A DNA stretch of 63,570 nucleotides, the filler included. It is 21 parts of 21 records of this genome, joined end to end, with 100 filler letters (N's around TTAATTAATTAA, not from the genome) between each part and the next. Parts side by side here need not be neighbours in the genome. Positions count along the whole stretch, not along the records: positions 1 to 2,425 come from SRR36015645_126289; positions 2,526 to 5,405 come from SRR36015645_126329; positions 5,506 to 7,526 come from SRR36015645_127375; positions 7,627 to 10,957 come from SRR36015645_127388; positions 11,058 to 13,082 come from SRR36015645_128169; 16 more parts are not named here. One strand, written 5' to 3'. The position numbers were made by a program, and so were the translations under genes. Under the pieces are notes generated by a model. The model was not told where the DNA came from. It ran no database searches and saw only the letters and a program-made list of their open reading frames with translations. Of this stretch, positions 1 to 11,209 are shown in pieces (the stretch's first letter is position 1; the number at the start of each line of letters is the position of its first letter).

Positions 1-2198
1 CGAAGATTCACATCGGCGTTATTGTCGACAAGTATTTGTACTATTGGCGTCACATGTCCATGTTTATTATTAAATGCGTAACACAATGGCGTGTGCCCGG
101 TGTACATTTCGTTGGGTTTGGCGTCATGTTCAAGAAGTGTCCGAGTAACACCGGTTGAACGATTAGTTGAGCAAGAAATCGCCAGTGGACTTTGGCCATC
201 GGCATTGGCTGTGCTAGGTGAAGCACGCCCACTGTTAAGTAATGCGGCAACAATTGCTTCGCAGTCCTCGTTCACACTGTCAAAGAACAATGACTGAGCG
301 GCAGCATTGCCTTCTTCGCCCCCATTGTAAAATAAAACGGCCAACGATTTTCTTGCGGAAGAAATATTACGTTTACACTGTGTGTTCAGAGGCGAGATAT
401 TCGCATGGCAAGCCCTCAACTTGGTGAAAATGTTGAAGTTTTTGACGTCCATACTCGCTATTGCCAAGGCAGATTCGCCGTCTTTTGTCGCTACATTTAC
501 ATCAGCATCATGTTCTAGCAGAATGTCGACCAGTCTGTCGTCGTTTCTTTGGCACGCTTCCATTAGAGCAGTTCGTCCTTTGGAGCATTTTGCGTTAACG
601 TTTGCTCTGCCACTTTCTAGAAGAGCTTCAACTATATCTATATAACTGAAGTGTGTGGCAAACATAAGCGCACTCCAACCATCTGATAGTGTCTTGTTAT
701 TTACTCGGGCACCTTGCGATATTAAAAACTGCACTATTCTTACAAACTTTGTTTTATGCTTTGGGGTTCCATTTTCATCATGTATGCTATCGTCGTGCTG
801 TTCGTTATTATCATCGGAGTCATTTTCGTTTTCTGGATCGTTATTTTTCTCAAACCCGTTTTCGTCATCTTGAATGAGATGATCGTAATTTTCGAGCACT
901 TTGGACCATTCCGCCTCGTTTTCTTCATGGTATTCCACTGCGTCAGTTTCATTTTCAAAAATGTCATCCATTGAGTGAGTTCTGGAAAGCATTGCCCTGG
1001 ATGGGCGTCTACTGTTAATTTCACCTCCAGCTTCGCAAAGCTCGATATCTGTAGTCGAAACTTTCCTCATTTGCGCAATTTCGCCAAACGGATCGATCCT
1101 CTGAGCGCATGCAAGCATCAGTGGGGTAACACCACGATACCGTTTGTTTCGCACGCGCCTATAATTGGCTCCATTAACCGAGGCCCCACGCTTTACCAAC
1201 ATTTCAACAAGTTCCGTGTTTCCCAGTGCGCATGCCATTCCAACTGCAGTAATACCCTTGTGGTCGCATATATTTATGTCGGCGTGTTCGTTCAACAACA
1301 TCTCTACGATATCCGATTTGTCGTACAAACACGCTTGCAAAAGTGGAGTATGACCTGCATGATTTTGCACATTTAAATCAATACCTTTTAACACGAGCAT
1401 GGTAAGCATGTCTTTCGTTTTAAACGCATTTATACAGATATTCAACAACATGTTTTCTCGGATCCCATTCTGCATTGTGTTGATTCTTAAAGTCACATCT
1501 TCCGAGCAACTGTTAAGGAGAAATAACACGTTTTCACCATTTGTATCTTTTGCGTTAACTTTTGCTCTGTTCTTTACGAGCATGCTCACAATTCGAAGTT
1601 GCATCGTAGCTACAGCATACCATAATGGCGTCCAACTATTGTGGTCTGCCATATTGGGGTCAGCGCCGGCCTGCAGTAGAGTGTTCACAATATTGCTGTT
1701 ACCACATGCGCACGCTTCCATTAGCGCCGTACGCCCTTGGTTGTCCTGACAATCAGTTTCGACCGCTTCGTCTATAACCATATCCATGACGACACTACGT
1801 TTTCGATCTTTGCCGCTTCGCTCAGATCGAGCCAGCCATAAGATATCGACAATGCTCTCAACAATCTTTGCGCTGCCAATTCGGCAAGCCTCCATTAATG
1901 GCGTTCGACCGTTTGCGTATCTTGCGTTAACCTTGGCGCCGTCCTTCCACAGTTGGACAAAAGTTTCGGAATCACTACGCAAAATGGCGTCCATAAGTTC
2001 GAGCTCCTGCGGTCCAGGTGTCACTGATAACTCTATTTTGGGGAGGCTGAAGGTTGTCTTTATGCTTGCAGAAGTAACCGTTTCCGTAAATATCCACTGT
2101 GGAAGAATGTAATCATCCATGCCGTGACGCAGGTCGGTTATAGAGCATTTTATCTGGCTCATTTGAACCGCCGTTATCTTTCTACATGCAGCGCCCAT
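1..2198 (-). CDS. Ankyrin-repeat protein (>730 aa, runs off window start; absent from ORF track)
   Basis: Manual translation from ATG at 2198 (MGAACRKITAVQ...). Roughly a dozen ankyrin motifs (GRTPLMEAC, GRTALMEAC, SWTPLWYAV, GHTPLLQAC, GVTPLMLAC, GHTPLCYAF, ADVN) with a central acidic insert at ~760-960. The frame matches at both ends and I found no stop in the segments translated. A pyrimidine tract + AG acceptor lies just upstream (AG at 2202-2201). Confidence 0.9.
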   Translation of the reverse strand, partial: MGAACRKITAVQMSQIKCSITDLRHGMDDYILPQWIFTETVTSASIKTTFSLPKIELSVTPGPQELELMDAILRSDSETFVQLWKDGAKVNARYANGRTPLMEACRIGSAKIVESIVDILWLARSERSGKDRKRSVVMDMVIDEAVETDCQDNQGRTALMEACACGNSNIVNTLLQAGADPNMADHNSWTPLWYAVATMQLRIVSMLVKNRAKVNAKDTNGENVLFLLNSCSEDVTLRINTMQNGIRENMLLNICINAFKTKDMLTMLVLKGIDLNVQNHAGHTPLLQACLYDKSDIVEMLLNEHADINICDHKGITAVGMACALGNTELVEMLVKRGASVNGANYRRVRNKRYRGVTPLMLACAQRIDPFGEIAQMRKVSTTDIELCEAGGEINSRRPSRAMLSRTHSMDDIFENETDAVEYHEENEAEWSKVLENYDHLIQDDENGFEKNNDPENENDSDDNNEQHDDSIHDENGTPKHKTKFVRIVQFLISQGARVNNKTLSDGWSALMFATHFSYIDIVEALLESGRANVNAKCSKGRTALMEACQRNDDRLVDILLEHDADVNVATKDGESALAIASMDVKNFNIFTKLRACHANISPLNTQCKRNISSARKSLAVLFYNGGEEGNAAAQSLFFDSVNEDCEAIVAALLNSGRASPSTANADGQSPLAISCSTNRSTGVTRTLLEHDAKPNEMYTGHTPLCYAFNNKHGHVTPIVQILVDNNADVNL

Positions 2199-2319
2199 TT
2201 CTAAAACAAAATACAGAATAAATCTCCATCTTACAATGCTACGCTAATGGCGAAAATCTTACATAAAATAATTTAAGGTAAAAGCATTGGCATAAATGAC
2301 CCAAGACAGATTAGGAATA

Positions 2320-2425
2320 CTAGCTCTGTGACCTGCTCTGTGAATGGGCGTTCACGAATCGGCAGTACGGTTTTGTGCGTAACAAATTGTGATATCAAAT
2401 TATGATCACTTATCACACCCCACGA
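2320..2425 (-). mobile_element. Putative 3' end of a non-autonomous Helitron
   Basis: Minus strand reads GCCCATTC-ACA-GAGCAGGT-CACAGAG-CTAG|T: a decayed GC hairpin 7 nt before a terminal CTAG followed by T. Confidence 0.5.
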
Positions 2426-2525
2426 NNNNNNNNNNNNNNNNNNNNNNNNNNNNNNNNNNNNNNNNNNNNTTAATTAATTAANNNNNNNNNNNNNNNNNNN
2501 NNNNNNNNNNNNNNNNNNNNNNNNN
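2426..2525. other. Artificial contig linker (first of 20)
   Basis: 44 N + TTAATTAATTAA (stops in all six frames) + 44 N. The same linker starts at 5406, 7527, 10958, 13083, 16099, 19629, 24589, 27275, 29601, 35090, 38653, 40947, 43565, 46601, 50388, 53017, 55184, 57430 and 60411. Confidence 0.99.
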
Positions 2526-2698
2526 TATTTGTTATTTTGTAGTGCTGGTTACAATGATTGGTTGGCCTCGTTGTGTATGTTCATGATGCGAATAGTTTGC
2601 ATTCGACCATTAGGCCCTATATCTATTTTATAACACAGCAAATATGATACATTGGGTACTGGCACATGTATAATACTAGTATAGCCTAAACGAGTACC

Positions 2699-5405
2699 AT
2701 GGTGAACAAGTGTTGCGTGCCAGGGTGCACTACAAACTATACAAAACATGTGCAAAATCAAGAAGCTTCCATAACGTTACATAGTTTTCCGTCTGCTACA
2801 AAGGATCCGGAACGGTATCAAAAATGGATACGAAAAATCCCGCGGGATGAATGGACACCGTCGAATAACTCCAGAGTGTGCAGTTTACACTTTCTTGACT
2901 GCGACTTTCAAGTCGAATCTACTGACAGCAATCCAGGGCGTCAGAAGCGGCGAAAAACGCAAGAGATTGAAAAAAGGCGATTGGTGAACACTGCCGTGCC
3001 CTCCCAGTTTCCAAACCTGCCGAAATATTTATCGGATACAAGTGGCTCATCGACAAGGAAATCTGAATCTGCTAGACCGACATCCGAAGTACGACATGAA
3101 AAGGCAGCAAATGTGTTACAAAGACAGGAGAGTCAGTTTTTTGCAACCGATTCAGTCGACAGTTTTCAAGCTCTCGGTGACAAACTCAAAGATATCAATA
3201 CTTTGAACTTCTTCCAGCATGTAGTCGAAGAACGTCATGTTGTCTTTTATGCACTTTCCAGTAACTGTTCAACTGTCAAATGTAATGTCAATATTGGTGT
3301 AGATCTGTCTGTTACAGCCTGTGTAAACGGAAAAACGGTAAATCGTGATATTGAACATTTGGGATCAGTGATTAACTCTTGCTCTCAAATAGAGAACATT
3401 TTGGCATGTGTGAAAAATTTGGCCGCAACACCGGGTACAATATCTACAGCTAGCTATCTGCAGCAAGCGTCAGAGAGCCTACAGCAGTATTTGGATGCAT
3501 GTAAAGTGGACGAGTCCTCAGAGAATGATGATAATTGTGAACAACATGTGGCTCTAATAACGTTTTTATTAGAACAACTAGCGCTCTCAGGTAAAAACAA
3601 ACATGCACGTGTGTATTCGCCGAACCTCTTGACGACCGCATTTTTGTGGCATATGTCATCTACTAGTACTTATGAAGAATTAAGGAAGCTGCTCATATTG
3701 CCGTCTTGCAGTCTACTTCGCAAATACACTGCGAACATGTCCACGCAAACAGGAATAGATGACAGTATAATTAATTACTTGATTAGGCGCACCCAGGAAC
3801 TGACATTCTATGAACAAAAGTGCATGCTACAGATTGATGAAATCTACGTGGCTAAAAAACTGGAGTTTGCTGGTGGGAAAATCTTCGGCGCTGCAACTGA
3901 CGTCATCACCGACACTGCAAAAACGGTACTCGCTTTTCTGATTCAGTCAGTTGGAGGAAAGTATAGGGACGTGGTAGCCCTCGTACCAATTTCGAAATTA
4001 AACTGTAATATGCTATATGACTATGCAATCCGTATGCTTGCTGCTCTAAGCAAAGTAATTACTGTTGACATAATAGGAATCTGCTTGGACAATCTGGCTC
4101 TGAATCGAGCATTTTTTGTTAAGTTGGGTGACGGCACTTTGAAATCATGTGTGATTAATCCAGTTCAGCCACATAAGCAGCTCTTCCTGATGTTCGACCC
4201 CGTTCACAACATGAAAAACATTTATAATAACTTTCAAAAACGACGCCTGTTTATCTGCCCAGTGTGGAGCGACTTTTTGACATGTTCACCTGAAACTCCT
4301 CGGTTTACAGCGAATTTTGATCATGTGGTAGGTGTTTACCGATTGGAGGAAGGGCGAGATGCAAAACTAGCACCTAAGCTAAGCAGAAAGGTGCTTTTTC
4401 CAAATAATCTTGAGAGGCCCAATGTGTCACTTTCTACATCGGTATTTAGTGAAAGCACGAGCAATGCCTTACGGTACTATGGTGAGACTGGTTGGAAAGA
4501 AACCGCCACGTTCATTGACATTCACAGAAAGGCATTCAATATAATGAATGTCAAAACACCACATAAGGGCATGCATAAGAAGGCTGAAGAGATGGAGCCG
4601 GTACATTCCAGTTCCGATTGGAAGTTGGGGTACTTAGCCAAATACGTTCAATGGTTACAAGAATGGCAAAAAATGAACCCGGAGTCAGGTCTAACAAGGG
4701 AAACATTCACTGCTGTTATACAGTCTTGCCGTACAATCAGAGAGATAGCCGCATATCTCATCGATGGTTGTCAATATAGATATGTGCTTCTCGGCAAGAT
4801 CCAGAGTGACATGTTAGAGGGCAGATTCTCATGGTATCGCCAACTCTCGGGTGCGAATTACTTCATCAGCGTCCAACAGTTGTTACAAGCGGAGAAAAAA
4901 ATTCGGGTTCTGTCCTTGTTAAAGCATACAGGTTTGTCTGGACCCGAATTAAAAGAATTACTGATGTACATTCCTTCCGGCATTGACAACCTGAGTGAAC
5001 AAGACTGTGCTATCAAGAACGACCTGCAAAGGCTGTTAAAAGACAAATGCGACCTGAGTATGATTGAAAATGAAGAAAGAGAGGCAGTCCGCTATATTGC
5101 TGGCAGTGTAGCAAGAACAGTAAGTAAGCAATACAAATGTGATGAATGTGCTGATTTGCTGAAATCTACCGATCCAATACTGTTTGAAGACACCCCCAGT
5201 GACATGGTCGATTTTGTTACGTTTGCATCTCGAGGTGGGCTAACACAGCCAAGTGCGTATACGTTCATGATAGTTCTGTTGGCATACGGGTATTGGCAAC
5301 ACATGACTGGGTGTCCAGAATTGTTATCTACGTTTATGCGAGGATCGTGCCACAAATCAATATTCATTTCTGTGGTAGGACATCTAATAAAAAATGACCC
5401 AACCA
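2699..5405 (+). CDS. P-element superfamily transposase with N-terminal THAP domain (3'-truncated by contig end)
   Basis: THAP C2CH pattern CCVPGC...W..KIPR...VCSLHF...AVPS. Catalytic-type motifs IDEIY, LDN, FDPVHNMKNIYNN and QSDMLEGRF. C-terminal YIAG...CxxC...SRGGLTQPS. Confidence 0.9.
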
Positions 5406-5506
5406 NNNNNNNNNNNNNNNNNNNNNNNNNNNNNNNNNNNNNNNNNNNNTTAATTAATTAANNNNNNNNNNNNNNNNNNNNNNNNNNNNNNNNNNNNNNN
5501 NNNNNA

Positions 5507-7526
5507 AGGAGTGACCAATATACGGCCAAATCAACAATACATTATGAACGCCATTCAAAACAAATGAGACGCACATTGAATATAGATGAACAAGAAATTG
5601 AGCCTTACAGGAAGCGTCCTCGGATGATGAAAGCTTTTTTCTTGCCATTAGATGATGAAAGGCATGCTGTGATGCCAGTAAACTTTGAAGATTATGCTGT
5701 GCTCGACACGGTATGGATGATGTCTTTGGCATTAAAGAGAGAAGACACACCGATGTGGACAGCTTGGAATGCAAACGTTTTGGCAGATGGATTGCCTCAA
5801 CAAAGAATCTGCTATCTTCCACAGATTAACGAATCACCAACTTCACAGCATGTTGTTGCTGAAACCTTGAGAAGATCTATCACAATCGCCAACGAGTGTA
5901 ATCAGCAGCACATCATCGTAACATATGACTTAGCAATAGCTAAAATGGCTGTGAATATACAACTAGAAGAGAGTCCCAAATATGACAGACTATTCATTAT
6001 GATTGGAGGATTTCATGTGTGCATGGCATTTTTCAAGGCAGTCGGGAAGTATCTGGACGGTTCTGGTGGCACAGATATATTGTCAGAAGCAGGAGTACTT
6101 GCTGAAGGGTCACTAAAAGGATTTTTGTCTGGTGTTCACTTTAATCGATGCAAGAGAGTTCATCCACTGTTGGCTGTGGCATTGGAAATGTTGCACTTCC
6201 AGAGATTTTATTGCGAATGTGACATCGAATTGAGCGAAGATGATCTTGAATGTATTCAGCAGCTATCTGGAAGTCCATCAAGTTTCCAAATTGACGACCT
6301 GAACGAAAATTTGAGGAATTTCCTGGATTTGTATAGAGAGTTTTCAAAGAAAACCGAATCTGGGGAACATGGCAAAACTGCGCAATATTGGTTTGGCTAC
6401 ATTAAACTCATACATCTCTATCAGAAAATGTCACGTAGCATTCACACTGGAAATCACACACTGTTTACCTATTGTATAGGTGAAATGTCCAGTGTGTTTT
6501 TCGTGTTTAACCAACCAAACTATGCCAGGTGGTTGCTTTTATTCCAAAACAACCTCTTTAGAATGGAAGAAACACATCCAGGAATTTCGCAACAATTTGA
6601 AGCTGGTGCCCTATCGATACGGCGCACATTAAAGAACTTTTCAAGAGCGGCTGTTGATATGACGCTGGAACAGACGATAAATGCAGATGCGGCAAGTCGT
6701 TGGACGGGAATAACGGCTTTCACAAACTCGATATCTGCTAGACAGCGCTGGGCGAGGAACCACTTTATGAGGATTTCAATACTGAGCCACATGTACCAAG
6801 AAATTGGCTTGGTGCAGCAAGAAGATGTTACCAGAGAAATGAGGCCCGCTAATGTAAGGAAAAGCCATAAACAGGTAAAGGATATCACGGAGATTATTGA
6901 ACAAAAAATGGATCCGTTTAATAAGAGAATCGACCCATCTCACTTGTACAACATAGCTTCAGGAAAGGCTGCGGCAGGTGAAACTTCAGAATTTTTGCTC
7001 GGCGTGTTCAAAGACGGCTGTGAAGCAAGAAACAACTTTCTACAACAAAGTCATGATGATCCAGCACGTTTTGATCAACCGATCAAACGACGCACTATTG
7101 CCAACTTTGCTGCAGAATATGCTACGAGACGAAAAGTGAGAAATGGAAAAGTTCTGGAAATCCGGATGGAAAGAGATCTAATGGGTCGGTTGCTATGCAT
7201 TGCATTAGAGAATAAAATAGACCTCCAGTTAATAATGTGCTATCCGTTAACACCAGTTCCACTAGCACTATGCCATATGGATGAGACAATGCTCGGCACT
7301 GAAAAGTCTGTACTGATGAGAAAACTTGAAAGCAAAGTTGATAGTGACAGCCCAAAAGAAATAGACTTCATGATAATTGATGGGATGTTCCTTCTACACA
7401 TACTCGGTGAAATGCCCCCAACGTTTGGAGGAATTGCTCGGCACATTCTAATAAAGCTTTGCAATACGAGGTCGAATACAATCCATATTGTATTTGACAG
7501 AACCATAAGTCCGTCTATCAAAGATG
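5507..7526 (+). CDS. Academ (AcademX) transposase, internal fragment
   Basis: Frame open across the whole contig. Motifs TYDLA, GGFH, HFNRCKRVH, NYARW, DMTLEQTIN, YPLTPVPLAL, then the start of the XPG-like domain (IIDGM, HIVFDR). Same motif order as the complete ORFs at 19852 and 30045. Confidence 0.8.
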
Positions 7527-7626
7527 NNNNNNNNNNNNNNNNNNNNNNNNNNNNNNNNNNNNNNNNNNNNTTAATTAATTAANNNNNNNNNNNNNNNNNN
7601 NNNNNNNNNNNNNNNNNNNNNNNNNN

Positions 7627-9950
7627 TTTAAAGCCTTTATCTCCGAGACGAGGTCGTTTATAAATATGTTGAACAAAAGTGGAGATAGCACACAGCCCTG
7701 TTTTAGACCTAAGTCCACGTTAAACAAATCCGTGTAGTGCTGGTTAACTTTAATTCGGCATTGTACATCAACATACATGGACTTTATGGCAAACAACATC
7801 TTATGAGAAACACCTAGACTGTTCAGCTTAAACCACAAACACGCTCGGTCCACAGTGTCGAAAGCTTTTTTGAGATCTACAAAACAGGCGAATGTTTGTT
7901 TTTTCTTTCTCAAACGGTTTTCTATAATACTAGTCAAAATGTGTAACTGGTCAATGCAGCTGCGAAGTTTTCTGAATCCGCACTGTTCATCTGATATTAG
8001 CTCGTTTGTTTCAGCCCACAGGTAAAGGCGCTGACGTATTATACTTGCGTACAGTTTTGCTATATGCGACATAATCGTAATACCCCTGTAGTTCAGAGGG
8101 ACACGTCGATCATCACTGTTCGATTTCGGTATGGGATGAATAATTCCTAAGTTAAAAGATTTTGGCACAGTCCCAGTTTTGAAACATACATTAAACAGTG
8201 TTAACAGAAGTGTGACTACTCTCTCGTTTTTAATAATGTCAATGGGAATGTCATCTGGACCAAGAGATTTATTCTTTTTTGCCGCCTTCAGTGCGCTCAA
8301 AACATCCTCCCGGGTTATTGGAGTGTCTAAACTGTCATCCGTTATAATGGTAGCGTCCTGTGGTAAATTAGTATACGCAGATCGCAGAGAATTGTACTCT
8401 TGTTCAATATCATTAACTTTCGCTTTAACAGATGCATAAAACACTTCATCGTAGCCAACCGAGTCATTTTTAAACAAGCTACGAAAGTCATTCTTCCACT
8501 TGGCAAGCACATCATTGATTGATGTAGTAACGGACTGATCAGATCTATAAACCTCCATAGGAATGTTTTTACGTTTTTCAGACGCAATGCCAAAACGCCC
8601 GATTTCCTGCCAGAATTCGCCTCTTCCCGAATTGCACAGATCTAGTAAGTGCTGCTGCTGTTCCCGCCAATAACACCGTTTCGCTCTCTGCACATTACGA
8701 TCAAAAACTTTTCGTTTATCAGTGTATATTTGCTTCAAACCACGTGAGAGAGAATTGTTTCTGCAGCTGTTTAAATATTCTTTTTCTGCGTGACACATTT
8801 CTTGCCATAAACTGTTTAATTCAGTGTTCCACCAGGGCTTATTTTGTTTTTGTTTGCGGCGACTCGGCGTACTACTCGCAGTAACAACTTTATAGTCAAG
8901 TTTTACACGCATTTCTTCCTTTATAACCTCCAAAAATTTGGTATATGCCTGATCCAAACAATTTTCGTTTTCAATATCATTTTCCAATTTCGTTATAACT
9001 TCCATTAGCTCCTCTTGAACACTTGCGGACGCCATAAAATCATTTTGCACTGCATTACGCTTCATCGTTGTAAAAGTGCAAGGAACATCCGGCTCTGCAT
9101 TCCCCAATTCAAAGTCTGGCATCCAGTTTTCCACATTAAAACTCCAAGTCAAAACGGAATGATCTGGCACACTGCGCGTAGTAGGAGTCCAGCCAATAAG
9201 GTTTATTATGTCTGATGGAACAGTCACAGTAAAATCTTCGCATTGAGCTAATACGTCATGAGCCACGCATGCATAGTCTACTACCGCGCGTCCCCTTGTA
9301 GAAATACTAGTGAAACTTGATGAATTTGGATATCTACCATTCAACATGCACATATTAGTGTCTATCAGAAACTGCAAAAACCGTTCTCCATAATTGTTTG
9401 GGCCAAATGTATCCACTATTTCACGTACAGGAACTACGTCCACTCCTTCTATATAATCCTGATTAACACCACACCTCGCGTTAATGTCTCCGCATAACAA
9501 AATTGGTCCAATGTGCTGATAGCTGTATACGTTCGAAGTGAGAGATTCAAAAAACTCAGTAACTAAAACCGATCGTGATGAATTTTCTGGCGGTAAATAG
9601 CAAGCACATAGTACGAAACTGAAATCGCAAACACGGCTCGAAAACTGAAGCCATAATATTCCTTCAAACGATTTGTCTAGTACAGTGACGTTATATAGTT
9701 GACACATATCATTGCTAACAAAAACGCCGACACCGCCTGAACCTCTGCGAGCATTCCTGTGTTGATTAACTCTGTTATGGCCAAACCACCGGTAGTCTTT
9801 CACATTTAGAAGTGAATTTGGGAGCAAATGAGTCTCTGCAATACACAAAACATCCAACTGGGTAAACTGCAAGTAACTGGAACGAAATTTGTAGTTTTCG
9901 GTATATGAGTGAGTGCTGAATCCATTTACATTCCAGGACCCTAGCCTTAC
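7627..9950 (-). CDS. LINE ORF2 (APE endonuclease + reverse transcriptase), RTE/RTEX-like, 3'-truncated
   Basis: Endonuclease motifs SWNVNG, IAETH, YLPPENS, GDINAR, VVDY, PDH. RT motifs NYRGI, QCGFRK, DLKKAFD, GLKQGCVLSPLLFN. The frame starts right after the ORF1 stop and has no AUG before the endonuclease. Clade call is tentative. Confidence 0.9.
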
Positions 9951-10862
9951 CTAGCGACGTGCATTAGGCCTACTGTTACCAGGCTGAATTTTCTGAGTCA
10001 CTTTACCATTTTTAATTGTCAGTTTTTCAGAAGCGCAATGTCGAATTAACTCTCGCACATTAGACTCTGCAATGCGCTGCTCCAGTGATTTAGCAATGTT
10101 AATATACACCTTTTTGTACTGTGCAGAGTTGCGTAGTGTTTTCTTAGACTTCAGTATATTCAGCTTGTCTTCTTTTGTTTTGCACACACATGTTATAATT
10201 GCGGGCTTTTGTTTTCTCCCACTATTATTGATTTTTGCAAACTTACGTTCGGCTTTGTGAATGGTAACATTTAACTTGAGCTCACTGTGCAATAAGTCGT
10301 TCACTTTCTCACAAACATTTTCACCCTCCGTCTCTGGTATTCCATAAATGACAAGGCCTAGCTCAAGTTCGTTCGCTAACTCCACATGCTGCTTAGCTGC
10401 CGTGTTTATTTCTCTAATATCGGCCACATCAGCAGCGACCGTAGCAAAATTATCCTGAACCTCAGTGACGGCCGATTTTAACTGTTCTGTTTCTTCCGTT
10501 ATTATGACATTTTTTGCCTCCATGTCAGCCAACCTACGCTCCACTGTCTCAAAGTTTTGTTGGAACGTCTGTAGACGAGCATCTACCGAACTAAGCTTGG
10601 ATTCGAAGCTTTGCTTCATGTCCAACAAAACTTCTAAAATAGTTTGATTAGTTGGCATATTTGCGGCTGTTGTAGACACGCTATCTGAATCACTAGTTGC
10701 AAAAACACTATCAAACCCATTACAGTCCTTTGTTCTTTTATTCACGTCTGCTTCAACTCCATCATCAGACCGATTCCGTTTTTTGATAGAGTCAGCCGCT
10801 TCTGTAGCCATTTTCGCCGTTTCAGCGCTACATGTAGTTTCCGGTTCCTTAATGCCAGACAT
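9951..10862 (-). CDS. LINE ORF1 (coiled coil + RRM-like nucleic-acid chaperone)
   Basis: 303 aa. Heptad-rich segment followed by LVIYGIPETEGEN...ILKSKKTLR...VYIN, typical of L1-type ORF1p. Lies directly upstream of ORF2. Confidence 0.8.
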   Translation of the reverse strand: MSGIKEPETTCSAETAKMATEAADSIKKRNRSDDGVEADVNKRTKDCNGFDSVFATSDSDSVSTTAANMPTNQTILEVLLDMKQSFESKLSSVDARLQTFQQNFETVERRLADMEAKNVIITEETEQLKSAVTEVQDNFATVAADVADIREINTAAKQHVELANELELGLVIYGIPETEGENVCEKVNDLLHSELKLNVTIHKAERKFAKINNSGRKQKPAIITCVCKTKEDKLNILKSKKTLRNSAQYKKVYINIAKSLEQRIAESNVRELIRHCASEKLTIKNGKVTQKIQPGNSRPNARR

Positions 10863-11209
10863 TATAGTAGCCAGGTATCACTATTCACACGGACCACAGG
10901 CTTTACAGTAAATTGACGAACCGTATTTCGTACACAAATTTTGCAGTACCTCGTTACNNNNNNNNNNNNNNNNNNNNNNNNNNNNNNNNNNNNNNNNNNN
11001 NTTAATTAATTAANNNNNNNNNNNNNNNNNNNNNNNNNNNNNNNNNNNNNNNNNNNNTTTTTTCCTGCGTAAACATCTTAAGCCCACTTGAATAATTAAT
11101 AATAACATTTGCTTCTGTTAATGGTGTTTAGTTTATAGTCAATGATTTAATAATATATTATTTAATCTATGGATAATAATTTATGGCACTAATAAATCGT
11201 GATACATAC

